Source: Lama guanicoe
Taxonomy: Eukaryota
Length of the DNA: 64,000 nucleotides
Assembly: GCA_013239625.1 (NCBI GenBank)
Contig: MU054323.1
Span: forward strand, 4,318,214 to 4,382,213
Reading direction: 5' to 3'
This document shows, piece after piece, positions 24,251-36,817 of the stretch. Under the pieces are notes generated by a model that did no database searches, was not told the DNA's origin, and was given only the letters and a program-made list of their open reading frames with translations. Every line of letters begins with the position of its first letter. The stretch's first letter is position 1. Made by a program: the position numbers and the translations under genes.

Positions 24251-25094
24251 GAATATCAGTGCCGCCCCTACCTGCCAGCAAGCCCTGCGCTAAGTTTTCC
24301 AACTAAAATTGATCAAATACTTACTGAGGACCCTGCACTGCCTACAAGTTACAGGGCTGAACAAGCTACAGTTTCTGTTTTCAAGGATTCACTATAAATA
24401 TATATATATATGAAACTAATATCAGACAGACGCGCTGCATGCTTTAAAAGGTTGAGACAAAGTGCTGAGGCAGCACAGAAGTGGGAAAGAGCAGATCCGG
24501 CAAGGCTAAGGATGTGGCATTGGAGCTGAAGGGTGTTTAGAATTAGGCAAGCGATGATGAGTTGGGGATAGGGATGGGGAAGGGAAGAGAAAAGTCATGT
24601 TAATGCTGCTAATTTAAAATGAGGAAATTGGTCCATATAATTTTCAGTTGCGTAAGAGCTCTAAAATTCAATTCTACAAAATCATGCTTCCATTCCTCGA
24701 TGAATGTCTGAGAATTCAGTAAATGAGTTGTTGCATCCAAAAATTTTCGCTGCTGGGCATGAAGTTTACCCAGTATTCACAGCAAAACAGATTACCAGTG
24801 GAAACTTGAATTAGAAGAACGCTGACACAGTAGAAAATATAATTTGTACCCAATGGCTTGAAAAAAAAAAAACCTATAAAACTACCCAGTAACTCTGCAG
24901 TTACTAAGTGGGGCCTAATGGCATTTTCGTTTTTCACGTTGGCATTTCAAGGTTGTTCCGACAAAGTTCACCTGGGAAGAAGGGCTTTTAGTAAAACGGC
25001 AAGATGGTGCTTCCTCTGATGTCTCAGTTGAACCCAGTGCTTTGAAATCATTTAGGCACCGTAAGTGGCAGCATCCTTATGAGCTAGGTGAGCA

Positions 25095-25272
25095 GTTTGC
25101 CCATTTCATCGTGTCTAAGAATTACCTAGGGAATTTTACAACAAATGCAGATTCCCCGAGCCCTGCCTTTGAAGATTCTGACTCAGTAGGTTTGTGGCAG
25201 GACCCAGGAATCTGCGTTTTAGCAAAGATCTGATACAGGCGGTCTCTCAGCAACACTTAATGAAACACTGCG
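25095..25272. mobile_element. MER5-family hAT MITE
   Basis: agaattacctaggga...aaatgcagattccccgagccctg...gattctgactcagtaggtttgtggcaggacccaggaatctgcgttttagcaa...acacttaatgaaacactg. Confidence 0.75.
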
Positions 25273-25389
25273 TTGAGAAGGTTGAGTGAGACATCTGAGG
25301 TCACACACAGCAGCCATTAAACCAGAATGTGTATTCTGGAAGCAATGCCACTTCTGAGTGCCAAAGGTCAACCTGAGAACTAAGGTTTG

Positions 25390-25419
25390 GTTTTTGTTTT
25401 TGTTTTTGTTTTTGTTTTG
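25390..25419. repeat. (GTTTTT)n simple repeat
   Basis: About five copies, read directly. Confidence 0.85.
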
Positions 25420-26379
25420 AGAAGGTGGACCTAGAAGAAAACAAATATTAAGCTACTAATCAAAGGCCTAGCAGGCAGAACTGGCCAGTGCAGTCTTGAC
25501 GTCAAGACTTTGCTCTTGGTTGCCCTGAGTTTTCTTCCTCACCTAGTGTCCCTTGGCCACTTATCTCCTGCTCCCCACCCCCCACCCTGGAGCACCTAAG
25601 CCTTCTGTCAGACCATTCCCTGTCCCTCCCTGGAAGCACGCCCTCTGCGTCTTCAACTCAAGAGCTTCCTGGTTTCTGAAAGGGACCGACTTCTTAGAGT
25701 GATTAAGAGGCACAAAATAAAACAGTGACTTCCAAAAGAATCCCAGAAATTGGTTGGTGTAAAGGACTTGGAAGCCATCCAACCCCCCAAATCACAGTGC
25801 ATCTTGCTGTCAATAATGATGAGAGAAAACAGTCTCGAAGAAAAATTCCCATCTAAATCTAGTTTCAGGCCCTTCGTGTGAATCTGGGACAGCATATGTA
25901 TGTGAAAACCTCAGTGGGCCAGGAATGCACATCAGATGCTGTGCTAAACAGAGTAACTTTGCTGCAGGAAGGAAGGAGGCACCACTGGCTGCAGTGTGAG
26001 CCCTGGTTCTAAGGCAAATGCTGAGCCTACAGATGATAAGCTCCTCTGAGAAAAGAGATGATGAGAAGGACTTTTGTTTCAGAGGCATCCCTTTTAATGG
26101 CAGCTCAAACAATTAACTTTAATGGCAGTGCCTACAAAGTGCCTTATAAAACACTGTTCAAGGTGCCTTGTAAAACCTACCATGTAACAGAGGATTTAAA
26201 ATGGTGAGAAGTTTCAAAGCAGTGGCAATGTCAAGTTTTGGGTCTGCAAGGAGGCTAGTCTGTCTCTTTCTAGGAGTTTTAGCAGCAGAGGCTACAGGAG
26301 GACATGTGTTTCTATCCAGGCTCGTGACCCATGTAGGATCAGCCAAGGGTGCAAGGAAAGCAGGCAAGAGAGGAAATGA

Positions 26380-26393
26380 CCACTAGAGGGCAG
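26380..26393 (+). promoter_or_regulatory. CTCF core motif (candidate insulator site)
   Basis: CCACTAGAGGGCAG matches all 14 positions of CCRSYAGRKGGCRS and is preceded by TGA. It lies in repeat-free DNA. Confidence 0.5.
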
Positions 26394-26820
26394 AGAAGAG
26401 CGTGGGCAGAATAACCACAGCCCCCTCAGGGAGGTGGAGAAAACCTCGGAGGTGGGGCCAGCCAGTCCTGTGGGCAGCTTCAGTCTGTGCGGTTTTCAGA
26501 TTTCCTTCTCTGCCGTAGCCATCGTTGAGCCATTCAGCACACTCTCCAAGAGCAGGGAGGCTTCAACAGGCTGTCGGCAGGCGAGAGGTGTCCTGGCCTC
26601 CAAAAATTCCCTCTCCAAAACATCTATCCCTGAAGAGAACTAAGATGCTTAGACTGGTATTTTGAGACCCCAATTCATGATGGTGCTAAGTAACAATTTT
26701 AACACAAAGCTACAAGATGAGAAGATGATTTTCCACTGCAAACTCACTTTTATGGAAGTATTTATGTGACATAATTGAAGGAGGGAACAATCACTGAACT
26801 GCTAGGTGTGCTGGGCAGAA

Positions 26821-27090
26821 CACAGGCGAGCAGTCCCCGAGGCCAGATGTTTTCACGGTGTGACGTCCTCAGGCGCTGCTTCCTGTGGCTGCAGGCCCAG
26901 CAGGGAGCGCTGCGCGGCAGGTGGAGCGCCGGGTGGGAGCGCCCCGGCGGGTGATGGACACCTCCTGCTGTTCCCTTCAGCCCCACAGCAGGCCCTGCGG
27001 ATAACACTCTGGGAGAAGTAGCCGAGCAGACCCACCTCTAGGACGGGATGGTTTTCCTTTGCACATTTTGCCGTCCCCGTGCCCTCCCGG
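26821..27090. other. Short CpG-rich patch
   Basis: About 19 CpGs counted by eye in 270 bp, in an otherwise CpG-depleted window. Confidence 0.7.
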
Positions 27091-27429
27091 GTCACCTCTG
27101 ACTTTGTGTTTCCCATCTGTTAAGATCAACTCGAAGCATTTTTTAGACGTCTTTTATCACTGACTTTTGTTGTCTGAAAAGCCCACAGCCCCTGTTGCTG
27201 GTACCCCACAATGAACAATTATATTGTCTGTGGTTATATATGATCCTCTGGTGGCTCCAGATGTGAAATCTTGTTTCCTTAATGACACTCTCACTGTCTC
27301 CAGCAAATCAGCATCTGCTCTGCTGAGCTTAGTCAGAGACAGATGCATGCCTGTCAGTAATGTGCTTTTTGGTCCACATCACTCATCCAGGGTCTGGGGT
27401 TTGTCAGCCAAATCAACCAGTAGACAGAG

Positions 27430-27640
27430 AGACAGCGTGTTACAGTGAAAATAGCATCGAATGAACAAAAGGGGTCATGGAGTGTAGTGCTCCTACTGTT
27501 CAACTTGGTGAGGACCTGTGGCTGGGTCACTGAAATTTATATGCTTCAGTTTCCTCTCCTTTAAAATTAGAATATGACTTGCTTTGCATGCCTGTTTTGA
27601 GAATTAAAACACAGAGGTGAAAAGGATTTCCAGAGAAGCA
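27430..27640 (+). mobile_element. MIR SINE fragment
   Basis: cagcgtgttacagtgaaaatagcat...atgcttcagtttcctctcctttaaaattagaata...ctgttttgagaattaaa. Confidence 0.55.
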
Positions 27641-29499
27641 AATCATTACGTAAATGGGAAGTGTTATTATACCAAGTTGGCAACATAGGCACAGGGAAGC
27701 TGAGTTGGTTTGACCACACCCTACCTGGAGTAGCGTTAAGGAAATAAGATATCATTTCTGGAAAGGACTGCTGGTATCTATACAATTGTTACCTGTGGGG
27801 CGCCGGCTACAGGCACTATAGGGTTTTCAGACAATGAAAGACAGTGATAAAAGACGTCTAAAAATCCTGGTGAGACGGGGAGGGGGGCACCAGGAGGGAA
27901 TACCTTCATGGCTGAGGCTAATTAGTTGGTTGATTCATCTTCCACTGGCTGGTGGACAGCTCCCTCTGGGAAATGTGTCCCAGTTGACAATTTGAAAGGG
28001 TCTCGAGCATAAAAAGATAAAGAATTTCACTTATGTCACCTACTTTCCTCAAGCCTCTTCCTATTTCCAGTGCCATGGCGAAAACCATTAAAATGGAAAA
28101 CACAAAGCCAGAAGCCTGTCAGAGCCCCCTGCTGCAAAATAGAAATGGCACAGAGACCTGCCCCTGTGCTGGGGCACTCGTCCTGCAGGAAACAGATGGG
28201 AGAAATATAGTTTCTGTGGGTTCCATCTGTCTGGAAAACAGAGGCTCAGACCTGGCCTAAGGGTGAAGTTTTCTGAAAAGGTCCTGTCATGGAGGCAGCC
28301 GGCAATGTGAGTGGAAGCCAGTGGGGATCACCCTGTTTAGGCCTCAGGATTTTACCCAAGGAAATGTGGGGCCCAGGGGTCTCATGGATGGTGTGGAGAA
28401 GGGACAGTGAATTATCCTTGCAATCCTTCTGATCTCAATTCATAAAGAAACCTAGGATGCTTTTGGAACTTTATTCCAGCTCCCTGACTTCCATCCTACA
28501 GGAAATGAAGTTGAAAGATGACCTAGAAGAAAAAGAGAGAGAAATGAGCTGAATATTCATGAATAATTGAATTTAGCCATACCTGTCCATGTGCAGTCCT
28601 TTAGAGGCTGCATGTTTGAAATGGAACAGGTGTAAGGGTGAAATCTTAGTCTGGTAGAAATGATATTGACTCCTTAGGATCCATCCTAATGGTCATTTTG
28701 CTTTGCTGTCTATGATAGGGCTAAGGGTTGCTTGCTAACTGCAGTCATAGGCACATCCTACAAAGGAGCATAGTAAACAAATGAGGAAAGATCAACCTAT
28801 TTGCAAAGATTGCTGATAAAGTCTTAACTTGAATCATGGCCCTCATGACTGACACTTGAATTGCAGAGTCCTCCTGATGGCTCTCCTCAAATGGTCTGTT
28901 TGATAAGGGGTTGGTGCTGTTCTTGGTACCATATGATGCTTAATAAATTTAAATTTTAGGCACTCTGATGACAATGAAAGGGCTAGAGAGAATTGCAAAT
29001 CCATGTGGTAGACAAAATGATCATATCCCTATTCAGAAGAGGAAACTAAAAAGCACAGAGAATGAAGATATTTTGGGAAAATGTTCAGTGACTCCCTTTA
29101 GAATTACTCTTGAATTTCCACCTTCAACATAGGTGCTATTTATTGAATCAATCCAGAAACCTTGAAATCAGTCCTAGAGAACTCCATCTTTAGTAACCAT
29201 ATTCCTTTAATTCTGAAGATATATCAATTCATGTTCAGAAAAGTTTATCAGGATCTGCAGGTAAGTTATTAGAAATCATAAGAAAGTTTAACAGTGTGGC
29301 CAGCACCAAGATCAATATGCAAACCCCCTGTATTTTTATATGTCCTGGAAGTAAAGATTAAAAACACAATTTACAAATATTTCTTCTAATAACTTTACAT
29401 TAATTGAATGCTTATTATGCATTAAGTACTCTGCCTATATTGTTTGATACCAGTATATATATCAACATATGAATGGGAAGGAAAATATGGAGAGATGTG

Positions 29500-31090
29500 T
29501 ATCAAATTCTTCCTTCTGGATTCAGTTTCATTCTTACTGAAGTACATCCTTTATTGTTTCTTTCTGTAAGGTTCTATGAATTGTTAGTCTGTCTGGAATG
29601 TCTCCATTGTTCCCTCTTGAATGATAATTAATCTGAGAATTTTATTCCCATAGTGTTTTGCTAATATGAAGTCATTTTCTTTTGATCTCTGTTTTTGCTA
29701 ACGGAAGGTCTAATTGTCAATTCTTTATAAATATTCTACCTTTCCTCTTTGGTTGCTCCTAAAATTCTCTGCTTGTGTTTGGAGTTTTGCAATTTTGTGG
29801 CAATGTATATAGGTATGGATTTTTTTAAAAGTATGCCATGCTGTGGTACAGAGGATTTATACCTTTCACCAATTCTGGAAAATTCTAGGATATTATTATA
29901 CTAACTATTGATTTTTCAATGTTCTCTCTAACCTCCTGGTAAAGCATTCATTAAGTATAGAGTGGCTGTCTCCTTCTATCATCCATATATCTTAAGCTTT
30001 CTTAAATATTTTCCATATTTTAACCAGTGTGGGGTACTTCTACTTCCCTATTTCAGTTTTTAGCTCTGCTTATCCATTGAATGTTTAATCTCTCTGGAAA
30101 ACATTATGTATGAGCTGCATTCCTAGACATTACATTTAAATTTTACTTTCAGAGCTACTGGTTCTTTTTCGTAACGCTCTGGAAAATATAGGTTTTTTTC
30201 TTATATTTTCTCTTTTTTTCTTTTGTCTCTGTGTTCACTCTGAATATACTATTCTTGGAGTCTAATTTTTCTACTGTCTCAAGTTATTTGGGATTGAATA
30301 TACCTGTTTGTCAGTATTTCCCTTATGATCATTTCCTCTTGTGTTTCTTTTTAACTGTAATCTTATGTTTATATGCACTGTTTTATTCCCAGGGTAACTG
30401 GTCCCATAAACCCTTGGTTATAGACATATTGCTGTGAGTGTTTTTAAGTTTATTTGTTTCTGTTTTAACTTCCAGGTTATCCAGGGGCTTTATAGGTCTA
30501 GAACCAACTTTTTGATTTATTGATCACTCTGGAGATATGAATTTCATATTGGTAGAAAAAACTTAGGCTTTGCAACTTTACCTAACACAGGTTATGTAAC
30601 CTAACAAAAAGTTAGCCTTTTAATCACAGATCTTGTAAAAGTATTTTTTGGTTTGTCTGTTGTTTTTTTGTTCTTTGTATTTTCACACACTCTTCCTGAG
30701 ACACGTTTTCTCTTTTTAGTGTCTAGGCTGGTGGTTGTACTCTTTCTATTCTCACTGTCACTGAGGTTTTTTGGTTTTCGCATCCTACTTCACACGTGTG
30801 AAATATCACCTATCCTCTCCTTATGTGGGTTCTGAAGCCGAGCCCTGAAGCTCCTACATCCATTAGTCCATTATACTATATGATATTACTTGGGTCACTG
30901 TAGTTTTGACTTCTTATTTACCATGCTTGCTTTAAGTTTCCTTTTTTTTTTTTTAATGATACTTAGGAATTTCCCTTTCTTTCCTTCAAGCTCAAATATA
31001 AATTACATTATAAAATATATGTTATCAAACCAGAATTTTACTGTGTGTGTGTGTGTGTGCCAAACTCTTTGTTGACTAAGTCCACCATAT
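29500..31090 (-). mobile_element. Ancient L1/HAL1 5'-region remnant, antisense
   Basis: ttcttactgaagtacatcctt, cttgaatgataatt, ttcaccaattctggaaaattct and similar antisense L1M ORF1/5' motifs. Confidence 0.55.
31042..31059. repeat. (TG)9 microsatellite
   Basis: Read directly. Confidence 0.9.
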
Positions 31091-31899
31091 TCCTGGAATG
31101 TCACTTCCTGTAAGAGTAGCTGATATTTTTAAAAAGGAACATTTTATTGAAAAACAATATATAAGGCAGGAGACTTCTGGTTTCTATCGACATTACTACT
31201 AACTCACAACAGGATAAATTAAGACTGACAGTAAACCTATTGCCAAATCTAGAAGGAATTTCTACTATTAGGTTGATTGAACTAGATTGAAAAGTGTAAT
31301 TGATGGTTCATTTTCCAGGCTCTTGAGAAATCTGCCCATTCCAACGTGGTTAGAAAATCCCTCCCTCCTTCATGCATTCTTTGTCTTCCTGATTAGAAAC
31401 GCAAGTTCTCTACTCACCAGAAAACTCTCTACTGCATGGCAGCTTTTTGTTTGTTTTTTTGAGAGAGCTAGGAAGCTATCCTCTCTCACTTCCCACTTTC
31501 CCCCCATATCCCAACTCCATCCCCAACCCGCACCTGTATTGCTTCTCTGACAGCATTTAGTGAAAAACTGAAATCATCAAAATACAACTGCATGAAGTAT
31601 GTGGAGAAAGCGAGGGCTCATGGTGGCATGCTGAATTTTGGAGTCATGAACCTCGAACAAAAGCACTATATACAGGATGAAGTTAGGAAAAACACTGATA
31701 GCAGTGCATCTGGGGAATTTCGGTTTGCTATATATTGAATCAGTATGTAGCATAATATACGTATTCCAAACCAGCAGGGTTAGGAAAAGTCCTGATGTCA
31801 GTTGGACATCCAGCAATGCAATAGTGAGGGAAACTTCGCATGTTGTGATTTTTAGTGAATGTGAAACCTAGGAAGATGTTTCCTCACCCAGGGATGAGG

Positions 31900-32560
31900 A
31901 CGCAGGAGGAAACCAACATGGAGCCCATGAAAATGTACTGTATGGCCCAGGAAGGAAAGGCCATCCTGAAGACTGAGAAGGACTCACTTCTAAGGATCAT
32001 TTATTCAAAGAAACAAAAGGAAAATAGTTTGAAATGTTTAAATCAAATGCATCAAAACTCAGCATATTTACTCCATATTTGAAGACAATAAGGAAGCAAC
32101 ATATGGACAGCAAATGACAATGAGATTTTTTTAAAAAGGTGGGAGAGAAAGGATGATTATGAGGAAATTAAAAGGATGATGGCAGAAGCAAAATTCACGA
32201 TGGAGGCAGTAAAGAAAAGAACTGATGGAAACGGACGTGATCATGTGGAATATACATTAGAAAAGTTCTATTAGATTAGATAGATTAGATGGAAATTTAT
32301 GAGTAAATGACAATAATATGAGAGAAGATGGAAGAGAAAGGAGTGATCCAAGATCTAAGATAAACACCATCATTACTTCTGAGGAAGAAGTCAAACAATT
32401 GGAACAAATCAAAAGATTCAGAAATATATCATTTCCTGAACTAAAAATGAAATAAGATAAACCACCAGACTATACTTCAAAAAATATATATATAAAGCTA
32501 AAGTGCCAGAGAATGCAGATCAAAAGAGTCATTATGCTCCATGTAATATGAACAAAAGTT
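31900..32560 (+). mobile_element. Degenerate L1/HAL1 ORF1-like region, sense
   Basis: Purine/A-rich sequence with L1 ORF1-like phrases (gaaattaaaaggatgatggcagaa, ctgaggaagaa, atttcctgaactaaaa). No intact frame. Confidence 0.45.
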
Positions 32561-32779
32561 TGCATCCCATTGGGTGAAATTTAATTACATAAATGAATGA
32601 AACATGAAGATTAATGAGCATTTTCACCCAGGAATGCACAGAAATAAGTATCATACCAACGTGAGTTGCAAGACACATCGTGCAGAACATCAGATGATTC
32701 AGATTTTTGAAAGGAGATAGCCAAAAGCAAGTTGTGTGGCAGTTAAATTCAATATATAAAGTGTCAAAAGTAGTTGTTG

Positions 32780-34870
32780 ATGGGGATTAAAGAGGACTTT
32801 TAAAAGTTTAGAAAAACGTTTAGTATCATACAAACACATCATAGAGTATACTCTCTCATAAATACTATGTCAGTGAAGAAAAAGAGCAATGTCATCTCCC
32901 CTGAAGCCCTCATGCCCCTTCACAGTCAGTATTCCCTCCTCCCCCTCATTTAGGGTAAGAATGACCTTTTCTTTACTATAGACGCCTACGTCACTGAACA
33001 GTATAGTCTGTTTTTGAGTTTTAGATAAATGCAACTGTACTGTGCATATCATTTTCTGTCTTTATTCCTCCATTTAACATTATGATTATGAGATTTATAC
33101 ATGCTGATTATGTGTAGCTATGGCTCTTTCATTTTCATTGCTATTTGGTGCTCTTTTAATGAAAATAGTACATTTTATATGTGTTCTGGTTTTTGGCTCT
33201 GGCAAATAATGCTGCTATAAAATTGTTCCGTGTGTTTTTTTGTGAACATATATACTTAACTTAGTTCGTTATATACTTAGGAATAGAATTACAGGATCAC
33301 AGGGGATACACAGGCTTAGCCATAGAGATACCATCAGTTTGTCAAATTGATTGAAACCATTGACGTCCCCATCAGCTGTGTATGAGTTCCATTCGCTCCT
33401 GTCACCACCAACACTTGGCATTATCAGCAGTTCACAGTTTAGCTGATCTACTGCATATAAAGTGGTGCCACATTTTAGCTTTAAGTTGCATTTCTTTGAT
33501 GGTTAATGAGGTTGAACACGATTTCCTGTGTTTATTGGCCATTTAGCTTTCCTCTTTAATGAAGTGTCTTCTCAGCACCCTTGCCTGTCTGTCTTGTCTT
33601 TGTAGGAAATCTTTATGTATTTTGAATAACAGTCTTTTGTTGAAATGTGTGACAAGTATAGTATCTGGTTTGTTTTCTCTTTTTTATGGTATCTTTTAAA
33701 GAATAGATTATTTTACCTTTGGCATATTGGTATACATCGTTATTTATAGTTACCACATTCTTGTTTTATTTAGGAAATCAATTTATATCCAAATTTATAA
33801 AGATATTCTTTTCTGCTGGCTTCAAGAAGTCTTATTGTTTTTCCTTTCACATTTATTTAGGTTTATAATCTACCTGAAGTTCGTATCTTTTACATGGTAT
33901 AAAGCAGGTTCTAATTTTATTTTATTTTCCTTATGGATTATTCAGTTACCCCAGAAACATTTGTCGAAAATCTGTGCCTGCCCTACAGCTCAGCAGTTTG
34001 GCCCTGTATAAATCAAGTGTTCGCACACAGATAGGTCTCTTTCTAGGCTCTCTATTCTTTACCATTTGTCAATTTGCCTTTTCTCATTATCAGAGTTTTA
34101 TAATACAATATGACATCTGGAAAGCAGACCTTCCCTCTTTGTTCTTCTTTAAGTGAATCTTGGCTATGTCTTTGCATTTCCGTAGAAGTTGTACAACTGA
34201 CTTGTCAAGTTATGAACTTGGACAAATTTCTTGGATTTTAAATGGCAGTACGTTGAATCTGTAGATTTATTTGGAAAGAACTGACAGCCTTAATTATGGA
34301 ATCTCCCAGCCTGTCAACATGTATCTTCCCTATTTAGCTCTTATTAATGCATGCCAGTAAAGTTTCATTTGATTTGTAGAAATCCTGCACATTGGTCATA
34401 TCATTATTATTTGCTATTTTATACTTTGAGTAATATTATATATAATATTCTGATTACTTTTAATTACTGTTCATTTATTGGAGGAAAATGATTTTTGTGT
34501 ATTGACTTCATATATAGAAATCTTGCTAAACGCACTTAGGAATTTTAATAAAATCAAATCATCTGTGAATCATAATGGACTTGTTCCCTCCTTTCCTTTC
34601 CTTCTGGATGACATTTCTGTTTCTTGATTTCTTGACTTCTTGGTCAGAATCTCTATTACTATATGGAGTAGAAGATGGGAGACAGTAAGTCCCTGTTTTG
34701 TTTCTGATCTTGCTGCAATTTTTGTGTATAGACATTATTTTTAATAGATTTACAAGTTCCCTTCTTTACCTGGCTTGCTAAGAGACTTTATTTTTATTAT
34801 GAATGGGTACTGAATTTTGTCAAATACTTTCTCCTGTGCCATATGAGACTTTAAAATTATCTTTACCCTT
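32780..34870 (-). mobile_element. Ancient LINE-1 (L1ME-like), antisense
   Basis: atatacttaggaatagaattacaggatcac, caccaacacttggcattatcag, ttgcatttctttgatggttaatgaggttgaacac, gtttattggccattt, ttgaatctgtagatttatttggaaagaactgac, gaattttgtcaaatactttctc. Confidence 0.8.
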
Positions 34871-36189
34871 AATTTGCTAAGGAGGTGGAAAGGGTGTTCA
34901 CGGAGCTGGTGGATGGAGCCCAGAGCTGTGACTCATGATTGCCACCCAGGGTTGCTGTTTCCGCTACACTTAGGCCTGATAGTTTCTTATTCTCTTTTCG
35001 GCCCTTTCCTGCATTTAAGATGATGTTTAAAGAATTACTTACCTGGAAGTCTTGAAACAATAATTTACCATTATCAGAAATATGAATAACTTTGCATTAA
35101 AAAAATGAAATAATTGAAAAAAAGTATTTTGATTAAAAATGAAAATAGCAACTAAGGGGAAAATATAATGTAATACTTGAAGTACTAAGAGAGTTACTGT
35201 GGCAGAACGATAGTTCCGTATAACAAAAGACCGAGCCCTGGTTGCCTCCTAATTGCAGCCGAGCCCAGAGAGCAGATGCTCGGTTTCGTTGATTTCTCTC
35301 TTGGTCCCACCCTCCGTGCAGCGTAGACTTTGGAGTCAGGAGACCTGGGTATTATTCTTGGCTCTAAATTTTGGCCATGACATTGGCCCTCTCTGAGGGT
35401 CCTGGGTCATTTCTTCTCACTTTATCTGGCTGTTATCATGACATTTGCCTCTGTTATTCTCCACCAAAAATTCTGACCCAGTCTCAGGTCACATCTTCCA
35501 TGCAATATCTCTCTGTGTGAATTTTCCATTAGGTCGTGCTCATATCATCCAGCTTTTAAATGTCTCAAAAAGGCATTTGGGATCCCTATATTAATAAATA
35601 GCCACAGTTGCTTTTAGTTTGCTGGAGAGCAGAGAGCACCCTGGGACTATTGCAGCCATTCATTTGCAAACGATTTAAGAAATACTTCATCATGCTTTAT
35701 TGTGTTTCGTGTGGTATAAACACACCTCTCAATTGAATTATGTTCTGTATTCAAGTAGGAGGTTAAATTACACTACAGACAGAAAGAGAAAGTACAGTGA
35801 TTTTAAACAGAGTTGGGGAAGAGGAAGAGGATTTTATGTCATTAATAAGAATGTGTAGATATAAAAAGCTTACACCAAGTCCTTTAGCTCCACAGCTCAT
35901 ACATGGTATTTGAAAACTGAAAACACGCTTTTCCCCTAGTAATATTGTAAGCTCTCTTGATTCCTGGTTACTACATTTACTGGTAGGAGTGGATCTAACA
36001 GTTTTTGATTTGTGGTGTTATTATTGGGAAAAGGAATAACTCTTTGGAATTTCTAAGGGACAATGAGGTAAAACATGAAGATAACATAGAAGGGTTTTCA
36101 AACAAGATAAAGGATGGTTTCTCAAAACCAAGATGAGAGCATTGTCAGTCTGTTACGTTCTGGTGGGAAGATGGTGGTACTGGTTGTAA

Positions 36190-36570
36190 TGACTCAGTAA
36201 TAAAAGGAATAAACTATTAATACACCTGACAATATGGATGACTCTAAAAGTAATGATGTTGAGGGAGAGAAGTTAGAAAAGAATAGATACCGTAAATTTC
36301 ATCCATATAAAATGCTATGAAATGCAAGCAACTCTATAGTGACAGAAAGTGAGCCATGGTTGCCTGGAGATGAGGTGGGTGGACTGTGGGAAGGGGCAGG
36401 AGGAAAGGGTTACCAAGGGGCAGGAAGAAACGTTTCACTGCATGATGAATTCACAAGTGAGAACATACTTCAAAACTTACAAAATTATACACTCTAACTT
36501 TGGATGGTTTATTTTATATCAATTATACCTCAAAAAACTGTTTTAAAAAGTAGGCAACATTAAAAAAAAC
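36190..36570 (+). mobile_element. LINE-1 3' end (L1MC/L1MD-like)
   Basis: aataaaaggaataaactattaatacac...atggatgactct...atgcaagcaactctatagtgacagaaagtgagccatggttgcctgg...tcaattatacctcaaaaaactgttttaaaaa. Confidence 0.75.
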
Positions 36571-36817
36571 TACTTTGGAATACCCAAATAAAATGAGACC
36601 AATAACCATACCCCCTTCAAAAAATTGTTGTAATTATGAAGTAAGTAACCCATATAGGGTGCTTAGAATTATCCCTGGCAATAGTAAGCCCTCTTAAAAT
36701 ATTTGCAATTTTTTTCTTATTATTGGATCAATGAAATAATGTATCTCTGAGAAGAATAGGGTGGGTACTTTATATACAAGTTTTGCAGGTGGAGACTGAG
36801 CGGCAGGTACTCCTCCC

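Noticed and set aside
26093..26176. Repeat-spacer-repeat pattern as a possible CRISPR-like array
   Set aside because: Only two copies of each 11-14 bp unit, in mammalian DNA, with no cas-like ORFs. Reported instead as possible enhancer motifs.
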